Assembly: GCA_012295275.1 (NCBI GenBank)
Contig: CM022673.1
Coordinates: 14,570,001-14,634,000, forward strand
Source: Chrysomallon squamiferum
Lineage: Eukaryota > Animalia > Mollusca
Length of the DNA: 64,000 bases
Direction: 5' to 3'
The notes beneath the pieces were generated by a model. That model did no database searches. It saw only the letters and a program-made list of their open reading frames with translations, and was not told the DNA's origin. Shown here one piece after another: positions 42,776-57,185 of the stretch. Position numbers and translations under genes: made by a program. The number at the start of each line of letters is the position of its first letter. Within the stretch, counting starts at the first letter, position 1.

Positions 42776-43268
42776 GCTGCGACAGTGCTTATGTAAACTA
42801 GTTATTTATTTACTTGAACTGTCTATTGTATGACTGTGTGTCTGTCTGTCACCTCCCACTTAATCAACTGATCTCTGTTAAATGTAATATTTATGATCTG
42901 GTGTATTCTATTGCTTATTATTGTTGCATGCGGTTATGATAATTGTATAAAAAAACAATGTAACAAGCGACACATAAATACTATGTAGCGGAACTGTGTA
43001 TATAACAGATGTCTAACTGTACGATACATTATATTAATTCATAATTATTATACTTTGCATATTCTACAATACAACACGTTAATTCATACATAAATGTATT
43101 CTAGATATTGTACATATTATACACTATATTTTGTACAATACATTAATTAATAAAAATATTATGTATTATATATATAATTCACAATAAATAATGTATTGCA
43201 TTATTTATTATACACTATACATTGTACATTACAATGCATTAATTCACTCATAAATATAAGTTATTGTA

Positions 43269-43305
<37 letters not shown>

Positions 43306-43655
43306 TGTACAATACATTAAATCACATATAAATATTATGTATGCTATGGTAATTGTGTGTATTATAGGTATGTATGATATGCTAACTCGTGTATAAATAT
43401 ATGTATGATATGGTAAATCTGGCTTTACATAATATTAATAATGTTGATAGACCGTCTCGCTATGCGGGAGCAATTTAATGTTTTATTGGCTATCTGGTCG
43501 TACACAGTGTGTAATCTGTTTGTCAGTAGCACAGCGCTGTCGGAGGCGGCCGAAACGCATAAGACATCAGCCATCTTCACTAATATACAGTTTGTCATCG
43601 ATTGGAAAACTCCTTGTCAGCGACAATTGTACGTTTCCGCGTAATGAGAATGTAG

Positions 43656-43843
<188 letters not shown>

Positions 43844-44410
43844 TTAACCGAATTGTACAGTCTATAAATGTAAATGGGTATTATACAGCATTTTTAAATC
43901 TAACCATATGTTCTAAAGCGTAAATCTGAACAGATGTGAAACGTAAATCTAAACATGTGTGTTCTGAGGTGTTGAAAGTGTTAATAAGAATGTTCCAAGG
44001 ATTAAATCTAAATATCGTTGTTCATTAAAAACATGACGTGTTAGAGTTAATCACGTGGCAGGTGAATAACGACGACTTGTTAAAAGTGCAGACATCTGGG
44101 GGCGAGGACGCAGTGACTGACGGAACAAATGAGTTTTGACAAACAACTAATCGCAGTGATAAATGTGTGTCACAGTTCTCCCTGGCTCCACGTCTCACTC
44201 GTTTACACACAAATCCCCCGCACAGTTCAGCTGAACACGTGAACACCCGCTGACAGAAAATCTCTTGTGTCACTTTATGTAACGTCGTGGTATGTGCTGA
44301 CGGAATAAACGTGGGAAGATACTGTAAGCAAGAATAAAAACAAACATAGCATGGTCTTGTGATGTAATTGTAGATGTGTACATAACATACTCTAGCGTGT
44401 ATCTAACTTA

Positions 44411-44483
<73 letters not shown>

Positions 44484-45124
44484 TTCTCTCTCACATACAT
44501 ACACACCCACACACACAAACAGAACGCACAACACACATTTTCAGACAGCTATATCTAACCTTTATCATTCTCAGATTCTCAAGCTTTCTTTTTAATTTAT
44601 TTCTTTCAAACTTTTTTTCTCTCTTTGTCATACAAATTCGCACTCATACCCACATTAACAACTAGCACTCTGTTTGCCCGAGTCACACTGTAAACTAGAC
44701 TACATCACGTGACAGAGCGGCCTGCGTCACGTGATAGACCAGCATATCTCACCAGTTAATGTGTTATTTAGTTTGTCGAGTTGGACGTTTACGTATTGCC
44801 CTACACAGACACAGTGACTTAGTGTTTCGTGGCTTTCTCCTTGCCTGTCCGTGTCTCGCCTTTCATCATCGACCTGCACAAAACACAGCTTCGTGATTCA
44901 AACAACAACGACGTTTTCAGCATCAACTCCCACCTGACTGGCATCCTCGCACTCCGATTACAGTAAACCAACATAACAGAATCAGTCTCCGACCATTGTC
45001 AAAAGATGAATATAGATTTTTAAAAATATGTCATTACACGAACAGGCTGTTCAGAATCCCATTGTTACGTTAGTATTATTTATTTATAGTAGGTATACAC
45101 TCGTGTGTTATTTCAGTTATTAAT

Positions 45125-45720
45125 TACCTGTGTCTGTGATTACACAGAGATGTCTAGACGTAGTTACTTGCGTGTGTGATATTTAGATGTATTTACTTAC
45201 GTCTGTGACATACTGAAACATATTTACTTACGTCTGTGATTATACAGAAATATATTTACTAATGTCTATGATATTCAGAAATATATATACTTACGACTAT
45301 GATATAAACAGAAATGTTTCGATATATGAAGATACGTCTGTGGTTTTTAGATATTTTTATTTACATCTGTGATATATAGAGATGCTTAGATATATTTACT
45401 TATGTTGTGATATATAGAGATGTTTAGATATATTTACTTATGTCTGTGATGTACAGAGACGTTTAGATATATTTACTTATGTCTGTGATATACAGATATG
45501 TTTAGATATATATGCTTACGTCTGTGATATACAGAGATATTTAAATAAATTTACTTACGTCTGTGATATTACAGAGATATTTAGATATATATACTTACGT
45601 CTGTGATGTTTTGCTACATTTACTTGCGTCTGTGATATACCCACATATTTATATCTACTTAAGTCTGTGATATACAGATTTGTCTACTTGTGTCTGCGAT
45701 GTACAGAGATGTTTAGATAA
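45125..45720. repeat. 39-bp degenerate minisatellite
   Basis: Unit atttactta(t/c)gtctgtgatatacagagatgtttagatat (gtttagatat at 45422 and 45461). Confidence 0.9.
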
Positions 45721-45977
45721 ATTAACCCGCGATATTAAACAGTGATAAACGATCAGGTAGAAAATGATCTGTTTATGTTGCTCGCGGTATTCGCCTGTCA
45801 ACTCGGAGGCTGGGTGTGAGCTGTGTGAGAGTAATTGGAAATTTTCCAGTCATGAATTTCTATTCAATTACTTCTTCTCATTCAGTACTCTGATCCGCTC
45901 CTTCAACAATATCTCAGCACGTCGATCGGTTTAAACATCATTTTGTATTTTGTGTATGTCGTTCGCGTATGATATAG

Positions 45978-46012
<35 letters not shown>

Positions 46013-46192
46013 ATGTGTGTGTGTTTGACTGTGTGTTTCTGTTAGTATATGTCTGTGTAAGTGTGTGTATGTGTTTATGTATATGGGTTGTGTGCGTATG
46101 CGTAAAAGATCTTAGTTACTATGACTGTTAATAATGTAGTAGGAAAATGATATTATAAAAGTTATATATAACAAACATACATACATACATAC

Positions 46193-46194
<2 letters not shown>

Positions 46195-46276
<82 letters not shown>
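46195..46276. repeat. (AG)n microsatellite
   Basis: Perfect run. Confidence 0.98.
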
Positions 46277-46278
<2 letters not shown>

Positions 46279-49200
46279 GCCAACAGTGTAATGAATCGTT
46301 TGGTACCTTTCAGAAAAATGGGCGATTTTATATGCTGTCGTTGATGTTGACGATGATGGTAGCGGTGAAGTTGTTGATTTTGATGGCTGTGATGACGACT
46401 GTACAGGTTGCTGGTGGTGTTGATTTTGGTACCCTTGTTTATATTGTCGATGATGACGGTGTTGTTGATGAGGTCATTGGTGTTCGTGCTGATAGTGTTT
46501 CCATGTATAGGAATATATTAAGTTTTTTTCTATATTAATTTGTGATGACAGCACAGAGAACCCATAATTTACGTTATATATACACAGAATTTAGGTTATT
46601 TAGTAAAAATATATAAAGATTTATTACAAACACTGGAACTCATAAACATAGAAGTGCTCTGAATAAATGAGCAGACAATCAGTTGAACAGACAGACAGTC
46701 AGAAGTAATCACACAAATTTATACTACTACATTAACTCTTTGTCTCCTCTACGATAATGCTGAGATATTGTAAATAAAGTGGCATTAACTGTTCGTATGC
46801 TAATTACAATACCGCAGACGTTTGCGATTAACTCTTTATTTCCTAAAGACGTGACATTGTGTCTTTATCTGTAAAAGAAAAGTATTTACTTGATGTACCA
46901 AACATCACCAATAAATCTTTATTAACTTCAGTCACAATGATGTCACGTTAACTGTTTAATAATAAAAAAAAGAAATAAAATATAACCACTGTTAACTCTA
47001 TATACTCTAAAGTCACTGAGAAGTGACAGTTAACTCTTTACACTCTAAAGTGAAATGACGATACTTACAAACAAAAGATTCACTGAAATAACTATTAACT
47101 GTTTATACAGAGAGGTGACGGAGAAAGTCGTATTAATAAAGAAGGACAGAATAAAACTGTCATCTCACAATGTGAGACATACAAAGTGAGACGTTTGTCT
47201 GGAAAGCTTTTAGTGAGACTGAGTTTATGAGAGCCTCTCCAAACTCTGCCACAAAGCCGAGTGGAGTTTATTGATAATTCCACAAGAACAAGGATAATTA
47301 GTTTTTGCGATAAAATGAAATTTATGTTTTCTTGTGTCTTCGTCCAGGAGAGACAGAAAATCATCGATTTCCGTCCACGAGGGTCTGTGATATATTTGCA
47401 AAGTGTCAAACTGCTTGAGAGATGGCTTGAAGAATTTGCTAATTTCCCGTTCTGGACGGGATAATGTGATGTGAGAGAAAGAGGCAGAGAGATTGTCAGC
47501 GATAAATGAACGAAAAGGAACGAAAGCGAAATCAGAAAAGTCCAAATTATATGGATGATCTCTTAAAAGATGTACGTGTGCGTGTGCGTGTGCGCATGCG
47601 CCTGTGTGTGAATGTGTTAATCTGTTTCTAATTTATGAACTATTTATTGTGCATGTATATCACAGGGGTGCCAGAATTGAACTAATTTGAAGTATTTTGG
47701 AACAGGGACAGAGATGTTAAATACGCTGGAACCAAAAGTTCGTCAGTATGCATACATAATAAATATTTTAAAAGTGTGGTGCATCTGAAAGTATGAAAAA
47801 TGTCATTATTTTAAACGACATTTGCTAATTACAATATTTCGCTTTACTTTGAATATTTAAACGTATATAGACAGACGTGACTGCTACAAAACTGAGAAGG
47901 AAAAACCTTGTTGTCTTCTGATGTTTTTCTTGTACTCAAGATTATTACGTGAGATTTGCGCTCTGTTAAACCGGTGACTTCAGTATCTCTAATGGGTGAC
48001 TCCAAATGAATGTAATCAAACCACTGTTACAAAACAAAATAAGCACAGGCGACAGTTACTTTGCAGTTATCAGGATACAACTCACAGGGTGACATCAACG
48101 CATCACGTGACAGTCACACTTCTGTTATGACCTTAAAAAACAGATTGGTGACATTAACGCTTTAAACGTCATTCACACTACTCCGTCCAACGTTCAAAGG
48201 CGACAACTACACTACGATCATACAGAGATTTGAAACACTTCGGGTGACATCAACAGAGAAAGTGTCAATCTCGCTAAGATTACCAAAAACTGTGAGTGAC
48301 ACCGGCGCATCTCACTTTTAACCGAGTTGTTTGTTCTACTGGTTTCGTGTCGGCTCAGATACATAATTAAACATCTCGTCACCAGCAAACCTGATATGAC
48401 CTTCATTCCGTGACAGTGACACGCTTGGCCTACATTTGACCATTCCGTAAAAGAGATGAAAGAATTAACGCCGCCGCACGGAAGAAGTGGGTCGCGATGT
48501 ACTCGAGTAAGCGAGTTAACCCAGGCGGAGTTAATTGGAAACTGTCTGTGCGTTGTTTAATGGATACATTAATTATCTGTCGTGTTGTGGTCTCGGGAGA
48601 ACGCCGTCGTAACAAAGTGAAATTAAACCAATGTCTTTGTAGAGAGAGAGCGATCACTCACCTCTCTTCGAGATACTTTTATTTTTAACTCTTATCAGTT
48701 TTAGTTCCATCACAAACACACACACACACGATCGTTTGCGACTCAGTCATTCAGCTGATTACGTTATTCATTTTAATTGTCAAACAGGCGGTGGTATTTT
48801 CATTCTGTGGCCTCGAGTATTGTACGTAACAGATATGTTTCGAAATATAGCATTCAACAGTTAACAATTACAGAAATTGCTTTCAGTATTGAATTATTTA
48901 CAACGTAGAAATTTTAATATATATTAATGTAAGGTTTATTATGTGACGTTGTATTCTGAAATGTAATTTTGTTTTGTCTGAAGAATTATTTCATCACGCG
49001 TTTTGTTTCCGCGCACCGTGTGTGATCGTGATGAATCATTCGTCCCTGGGAATGATTCTGTGTTTACTCATCATTAACTAGTAACACCGTTAAATCTTGT
49101 GTCATTACGTGATACGGTAACCTCAGTCACCACCATCACAGAAAGAGAGAGAGCGAGAAGGGTAGAGACAGGGAGAGACAGAGACAGACAGACAGACAGG

Positions 49201-49301
49201 TAATTTATTGTTTCGTCGTCCTTCACGACGTCTGTTGACAGATTGGAGAAAAGAATTCTTCACATAAAGTTTTCGTCATAGGAATCTTTAGAGTTGTATA
49301 A

Positions 49302-49304
<3 letters not shown>

Positions 49305-49396
<92 letters not shown>
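49305..49396. repeat. (CT)n microsatellite
   Basis: Near-perfect run. Confidence 0.98.
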
Positions 49397-49397
<1 letters not shown>

Positions 49398-50469
49398 TAT
49401 ATATTATACAAATTATACTCATATAATAGATACCCATAATATGTGATATGTTAGATGCAACGTATTAGTCAGAGAGTACATATGATATTTGTGATATTCA
49501 CCCTAATGCTATATAACAGATATGTGACATACGTGACTGACAGTGAACTTATCCTGTGAAGACAAACTTAGAGATGAGAGAATGTCAACACGTCCTGCTG
49601 GGAATAGATTGTTAAATTAAACGTAACCAAACGACTGAAATTTTTTAACAATCACGAACTTTTATTACAGACTGACTGAACAGACGGACAAACACACATA
49701 CACACGCATACATGCACACACAAACACAAATGCGATAAACCGGATACAAATATTCGTTATTATTATTATCAAAGTCATTGTTGCTGTTCTTATCTTATTA
49801 TTTATTTATTTAGTTTAGTTTAGTTTAGGTGTAAAATAGAAAACTCGTTAGCTTTTTAATTATAAAAGTTTTGCACTCGACAGTCCACATGTTTTTCCGT
49901 TTTATTCAAATAAAGAGAAAACTTAATGATATTGACAGAGTGTGTAATAGAGAGATCTATATTTCCATTTGGATGTTCGTATTCCTCTGTTTCCAGAAAC
50001 CAATCGTTGTAAACCGGTAATTTACGTCGATACCGTGACGTCATAGCTATAGACAACACACAATACTCACGCACGCGCCAGATGTCTTTCATGTTACATA
50101 ACAATCATTTAGCGTCGTACTCGTATCAAAATGACAAGTGACGCGTGCTATTTTTAATGTTTGTGTTTTAACATGTACGTCAGTTTAATTCCAGCTCGGT
50201 GGCAATATTCTTCATACAAAAGCGTTTCGTGTGTCGCTCCAGTCATTTCTTTAATTCACCATGTCTCAATGATTTTGTTTGAAGAATGAGAAAAAAATCT
50301 ATAATTTGCGAAAAATCCATAACAACCCGTGTTTACTGTGTTTAATGTTTGACTTAGGATGTTTTACATACAGTAAAAAACAACAAAAAAACCCACCATG
50401 CAGACAAATAACGCAAGCACCTAGAACACTAACATACATAAAATAAACACCATAAAAACACACACAGTG

Positions 50470-50476
<7 letters not shown>

Positions 50477-50553
<77 letters not shown>
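50477..50553. repeat. (AT)n microsatellite
   Basis: Perfect run. Confidence 0.98.
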
Positions 50554-50557
<4 letters not shown>

Positions 50558-51584
50558 TTGTAGATAAATATTTACTACGATACTATTTGTGATGTTGTAA
50601 TTGGTTACCATGGTTACACTGAGTCAGTTTAAATTTTTCAGATTATTTCAACAAGCCTACAAATCTTTGATTTCTTCATGTGCGTACGTGAACGAAATTA
50701 CATCAGTGTAATTGCATCTCCGCCTTCAGTAATTACAATCATTGTAGCAGTGACTAAATTTAGACTTTTAATAATAGCTCTAATTTCTCCTTGCGCTCAC
50801 ATCGACGTAACTACCGTAAACTAACTGCATACGTGCCAACTCATCCTCGTAGACAAAGTACTTCCGCTTCCGGTTTGATTATTTAGCAGTAAACCAACTT
50901 CAAACCTTCCGACAGTGATTTTATCTAAAAAATCTATTTCCGCTTCCTTAGTAGTGTATGAAAACTACTTCCGCTTCCGGTAATATGCATGTCATAACTA
51001 GTCTTAATTGACAGTTTGAATGCCGATGTTTTTGTTCCTGTCTTCCTTCTGTTTCGTCTGTGGACTGTGTTAGTGTTGTGTATCTAGCTGTTTATTTATT
51101 TATCTGTCTGTTTATTTATTTATTATCTTTCTGTTTATTTATTTATTTATCTTTCTGTTTATTTGTTTATTTATTTATTTATAAATTTAAAATATTCACA
51201 GTAGAAAATACCATTTAATTTGTTCAATTCTTATTTGTCTTTTAACTTTCGTATTTCACTGAGTAATGTTATTGTTGTAGAAAACAAGGAGCACTAGTTA
51301 CTAAGTATTAGTACTAGATACTCTGCAAAACATATGTAACTACTAAGCAGATATAATAGGCTATATAACTAATAATTAAGAAGTAATATTAAATAAAAAC
51401 ATTAGTTACTAATTAAAATATTACTAAGTAATGGTAAGAGTAGTAGATATTAAGTAAAAGGGTTAGTTACAATAATGCTTAATAAGTAGTAGTGATAGTT
51501 ATTAAATGGCAGAATTTCTGTATGATAGCATATACTGGATAACAGTAATAGTTACTATAAGACAGAAATTAACGTGATAGCATA

Positions 51585-51830
51585 TTAAGTAGTAATTACT
51601 AAGTGGTAGAAGTTACTATGTGACAGTTCCAGGTGATAGAACTTACTATGTGATAGTACCAAGTAATAGAACTTACTATATGATAGTGCCAGGTAATAGA
51701 ACTTACTATATGATAGTACTAAGTGACATATGTTACTATGTGATAGTGTTAAGTAAGTATAGAAGATACTATGTGATAGTATTAACTTAGTGATAGTAGT
51801 TACTGAGTGATAGAAGATAGTGTGTGACGG
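51585..51830. repeat. 30-bp minisatellite
   Basis: Unit a(a/g)gtaatagaacttactat(a/g)tgatagtac(c/t). Gives the periodic LSHSKFY ORF on the minus strand. Confidence 0.88.
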
Positions 51831-52460
51831 TATTAAGCAGTGGTTGGACGGAGAAGTGAAATGTTTCTGAAGGAACTCGGTTATACTCAACAAGGCATGA
51901 ACACGTAACGATATTTGTGACTAAAACTCGCTAATGAAATGAAAAGTGGAAGTAAATTCGATACCGCTGACAGCTCGACTCTCTCCGTATCGACTGTGCC
52001 GTGCATGTTGCCTTACAATTAACACACCAGCAGTCGATTGTTATTGGTCGACAGAAGTGTGCTTGAGTCACACACACAGACACAGAGACACACTCACACA
52101 CGCACACATACATCAAGAACATGTTGACACGATCATACTTATTCAAACACAGACATATACACACATATATTACACACACACAATATATATATATATAAAC
52201 GATTTTATATTACGTTATTATATACATATACAAACACATGACTGAATGTAAATATTTATATAGATTTACAGTCTACATGTGCTGTTACTACTGTAGGCAT
52301 ACAACAATTATTTCTAAATGAAAGAGGCACTAACATTAACAGAGAAATAACAGAAAGCAAATTAATTTCTGCAGTGAATAAATTAATTTTATAAATAAAG
52401 TCACAAAGAATTCTATAAAGAGACAGAAAGGACATGTTAACAAAACAACCTTAATAGAAA

Positions 52461-52477
52461 ATAATAATAATAATAAC

Positions 52478-52543
<66 letters not shown>
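52461..52543. repeat. (AAT)n microsatellite
   Basis: Trinucleotide run. Similar runs occur near 15050, 31907, 38684 and 54310. Confidence 0.97.
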
Positions 52544-52844
52544 CTAAAACTAGATATAACCGAAAGCGTAAATATTTTCATGTAATACTACAGAAACAGA
52601 AGTACTTTTTGTAGAGAACTGCTGTTATCGAGTTCAAGTTTCTTTACCACATACATATAATTCATTTCTTTACACGAAAACTATTAATATCGAATAAATA
52701 AATATTAAATTTTTAAAATAGCTATAACAGCGGTTTTATTTTTATCATTGATTAAATTATATGAGAAAACATTTCTCTAACGTCGTGAGTAACCGATTTT
52801 ATGTTACGTTTATTTAAAAAATACAGATGAGTCATCGCTCGTAA

Positions 52845-52880
<36 letters not shown>

Positions 52881-54200
52881 GTAATTGGTGGCGGCGTTGT
52901 TACTGTTGATGCTTCTGCTGCTGGTGTTATCGCTGCTGCTGTTGTTGTTATCGCTGCTGCTGTTGTTGTTATTTGTAGTAATTACGGTAGTCGTTAGTGA
53001 ATGTTGAAAGTAGTCCTATTTCAGATTGTACTCGTTAGAGACAAATCCAGAAAAAAGAGAAATGACTGATTGAGAGCACCCACTAGACAAGCAAATCGTC
53101 TCAAGTCCAGTTCACGTAGCAATTAGATTTTTTTTCAATCCTGTTTGTATATCTTCATGGCCCCGTGATTATCTAACTGCCGGCTTAACATAATATTTCA
53201 AATTAAAACCGCCATCGATCGTCCAGGCTCGCTCCTGCTGAGAACGAGTTCAGAAGCAAATGAAATATACTTCTAAAAATAGCCGTCTTTGACGATTGTG
53301 CGTACTCTGCAAAAGAAAGCTGTTTTGTGGAGATCGTTCCAAGTAATTCTGTTCGACTTCACTTCTCGTGTCGTGAAGATACAACAATACCTCGTGGACT
53401 TCATTTCTCGTGATGTGAAGTTAAAATTCACGTGTACTTCACGTGGACTTTTTTCTTATCCTAACAAGCCCAGTGAGCACAGTGCTGATTGGTTTTGGCG
53501 TCGCTCTGCATATTTCCGTTAGTAACTTGTAGTCGATAAGGTTCTTCCTCACGTTTTGTTAACGACACTTTCCACGCAGGTACCTGCTAAATCACCGCAC
53601 AGCATAAATATTTTATTATTCACTAGCAACCCACATTAATTCCCAGATCTCGTAGCTATTGCAAAGTTCACTGAAGATCTGGCGAACTAATCAACCAGAT
53701 GGCGCTGTTAGATAGTGGAACTTCCGGTTGAAATAAGAACACATAAATTTTACCTTGTTTTCTTTTTCAGGCTCGTTAGGTAACAAAAATAAAAAAAAGA
53801 AGAAGAAAAAGGACAAACTGTAAAATGCTGATAAACTTTTTTTAAAATTATTATCTACTATCTAACAAAAACATTTATAAATAAATATATTTTTTTTATT
53901 ATTGAGTTTTACAGCATCCGCGCTTAACGACATCATAGTTTGAATTAAAAAACAAAACATATATTTAAAGTATGCCAGCTTCAATATTCATTTGTCAAAA
54001 TGACCCATAGCATTTTATCATCATCATAATTATTGTTGTTGTTGTTAGTATTATTATTGTTGCTATTACTACCACTACTACTACTGTTATTATTTTGCCT
54101 GCATTATAAACTACATGTAGCTTCTACAATAGAATAATAATAAATTATTGAATCAGTATAATACTTTTGAAATAATAATAATAATCGTAATAATAACTGC

Positions 54201-54237
<37 letters not shown>

Positions 54238-54314
54238 TAATGATAATAATAATAACAATATGTAGCAATAGCAGTAGTATTTATTTATTTATTTTTTAGC
54301 ATTATTACTATTAC

Positions 54315-54374
<60 letters not shown>

Positions 54375-54842
54375 CTTCATCATTATTAATATCTCTGAAA
54401 ACTATTTCAGTAATACGATTTTGAAAGGTTAGTGCTTCAGAAAATTCAACATTTAACTAAATGTCAACATTTTCTAGACTTGTAGAGAAAACGTTATTGA
54501 AATTGTCAACAACGTGATAATTCCTGACTTGTAAAATAAATTAGTGTTTTTTAAAATGATTACCTCAGCTCTGCAACCTCGTTACGTCTGTGTCAAAATC
54601 ATTGATTTCCTAATTAATCCCACTTGTTCGGCTAACACTAATATTTACACCATTAAAAAATAATCAAATATAATGAGAAGAGGATTCAGTGTGTCGATTC
54701 AGAACTGAATCCAGGTCGAATTCTCATCCAACACGCGCCCAAATAAACACTTTTGTGTAGAATAAAATTCAAAATTTTTGTCGGCACATTGTTTAATATG
54801 GCTTTTAAGTTAAGTTACATTGGGTTTTTCCATTTGTGTATG

Positions 54843-54877
<35 letters not shown>

Positions 54878-55734
54878 GTAGTTGGCTAGCAGATAAATAG
54901 GTAACGTATTTATAGAAATCTAAACGCCACTTTTGATCAATTTTAACATTCAGCATTAGTTATATCAATTTTTTATTTTTAATTTTTTTAAGGTTACTTT
55001 GAAATTTAAAAAATTGCTTTGTCAGTTAAAGCAATAAGTTTGTCGCACGCTGTTTACGTATAACTAAACAACACATTTTAAATCAGACTCTAAATTCAGA
55101 ATAAAATTCTTCGGTGCGTAATTAATTATGTTTCAGGAGAAAAAAAAAAAAAAAAAAAAAATGAGAAAACGAAAGAATGACTGAACACATAAACAATTAC
55201 CAGCGGTACGGAACACGACAGTAAGATTTATCAAACAAAATCGAGATTCCTTCATTAAAACGAAATCGAGGTTTAGCCACATTTGTGTGAGTGAAATCGA
55301 GACTAATCGATAAAATCGAGGCCCGATTTTCCCTGCTTTTTCTTCTTCTTCTTCTTTTTTTTTTTTTTAACGAAGTAAGACAGAGCCGTTCATCAGCAGT
55401 GACAAAGATTAACTGTTTTATCGAAAACGTTGACAATTTATGACTGGAGTTAATTTGCAGATGTCAAGGGAATCATTCATACCACGTGACTCACTAAATG
55501 AGGTCAGACGAGCAGGCTATCTCGCGAGATTTGCGTTGCCGTTCACTAAATGAAAACAATTGAGTAACACCGCTGATCTATCAATCCAGACTTATATAGA
55601 TCTGCTTCCTTCGTAAATTAGAGCGCTCGCTAGTGATCTATCATTCAGCGTGACAATAGTGACAACAAAGTGACACGCCTCTGTTTTATTCTTATCATTC
55701 ATCTCGACGTCATTAAAACTGGATACTTCGCTGT

Positions 55735-55905
55735 CTGTATTTTACACAAACAGCCTGTTTTATAGAATTTTACACAAACTGCCTCTTTTACACTCTTTTA
55801 CATAAAATGCCTCTATTAATGTATTACACAAACTGCCTTTGTTACCGGATTTTACACAAACATTACATTATTTTACATAAAAGGCCTCTATTACACAAAC
55901 TGCTT
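55735..55905. repeat. Short degenerate minisatellite
   Basis: Recurring ttttacacaaactgcct. Confidence 0.65.
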
Positions 55906-56065
55906 CAGTGGCAGTATTAAACAGATCTTTTAAGTTTCATTTAAACTGTTTTTGTTCTCGTTTTATGTTTGTTTTATTTAATTTTCCTTGAACATAAACT
56001 GACATTACAGTAGTCCTGTGAGAACACTCTGTGTAGTTCAGACTTAAGTAAGTAAAAAAATACAT

Positions 56066-56176
<111 letters not shown>

Positions 56177-56654
56177 AACGTCAGTATTAACTGCGCTCAA
56201 GTTGAGTATTGTATCGAGTGTGCATGCATTGCAGTCAGTATATACACAACTTAATTTTCGAGTCCCTGCAGACTGCTGCGCTTTGCAGCCTTCAGTAAAG
56301 CACTAAGACAAATTTAGTGTACGTATTATTCGCTCACTGGAGACTGCGGCTGAAAGGAAAGTCCCTGTGTGATCGTATTTCACTTTTTATTGAGATGAAA
56401 CGGGCAAGGCAAGAAATCTTATTCATCCTCAGCCGGTGATGGGGTGTAATGAGTGTGTATAAACCGACTCTTTTAGCTTTCAGCCAGCACCGCGTTACAT
56501 CGCCGGCTACAAATTGAATATAGAAAAGTAAATTAATTCCAAAGAAATCAACAAAAAAAAAAAAAATCGAATACGTTCTAAGTGATACTTTCTTTCTAAG
56601 ATTGTACAAAATCTGTTTATGATAGCGATATTGCAAATGACATAAACAAAGTGT

Positions 56655-56850
56655 GTGTTATTGTACCGATTTCTAATACATTGTTATTGTATAGATTTAT
56701 AATTCGTTGTTATTATACAAATTCATAACACTTTTGTTGTTATACAGATTTTATAATACATTGTGTTATTATACAGATTTATAATTCTTTGTGTTGTTAT
56801 ACAACTTTTTAATATACTGTGTTATATACGGATTTCTAATACACGTGTCA
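56655..56850. repeat. ~28-bp degenerate minisatellite adjoining the splice acceptor
   Basis: Recurring tgttattatacagattt(c/a)taata. Confidence 0.75.
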
Positions 56851-56863
56851 TTATATTTTGCAG

Positions 56864-57185
56864 ATTCGACCTACGATCACGAAACATTTAAAACAGCTGA
56901 TATTCACACAAATGGACGACGTTGTTCACACAAGTACTGCAGTTCTCTGGTGCGTTACTCAGTTGCAATCGAGCTGCACGCTGAAATAACTGAAAAGTCA
57001 GAGATGATGAAATGAGTGGAGAGAAAAACTGACTGAAACTCAGACAAACTGAGTTGTGTAAATTTGTGTCATTTCTTTCGACAAGTTGTTTTGACTTTGT
57101 GCAAATTTCTCATTCGCTGAGATTGTCAACCATTCCAAACACATTCCCCTCGACGTTCCTTCCTCTGCACTAGCACGACGTTGCT
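56864..57185 (+). other. 5'UTR part of the coding exon, downstream of a putative splice acceptor
   Basis: ttatattttgcag| ends at 56863. Sequence changes from AT-rich tandem repeat to more complex, higher-GC sequence at this point. Confidence 0.6.

Noticed and set aside
53640-53686. Hairpin ccagatct…agatctgg as a pre-miRNA
   Set aside because: The stem is too short and interrupted for a ~22-bp miRNA duplex, and no known mature sequence was recognised.
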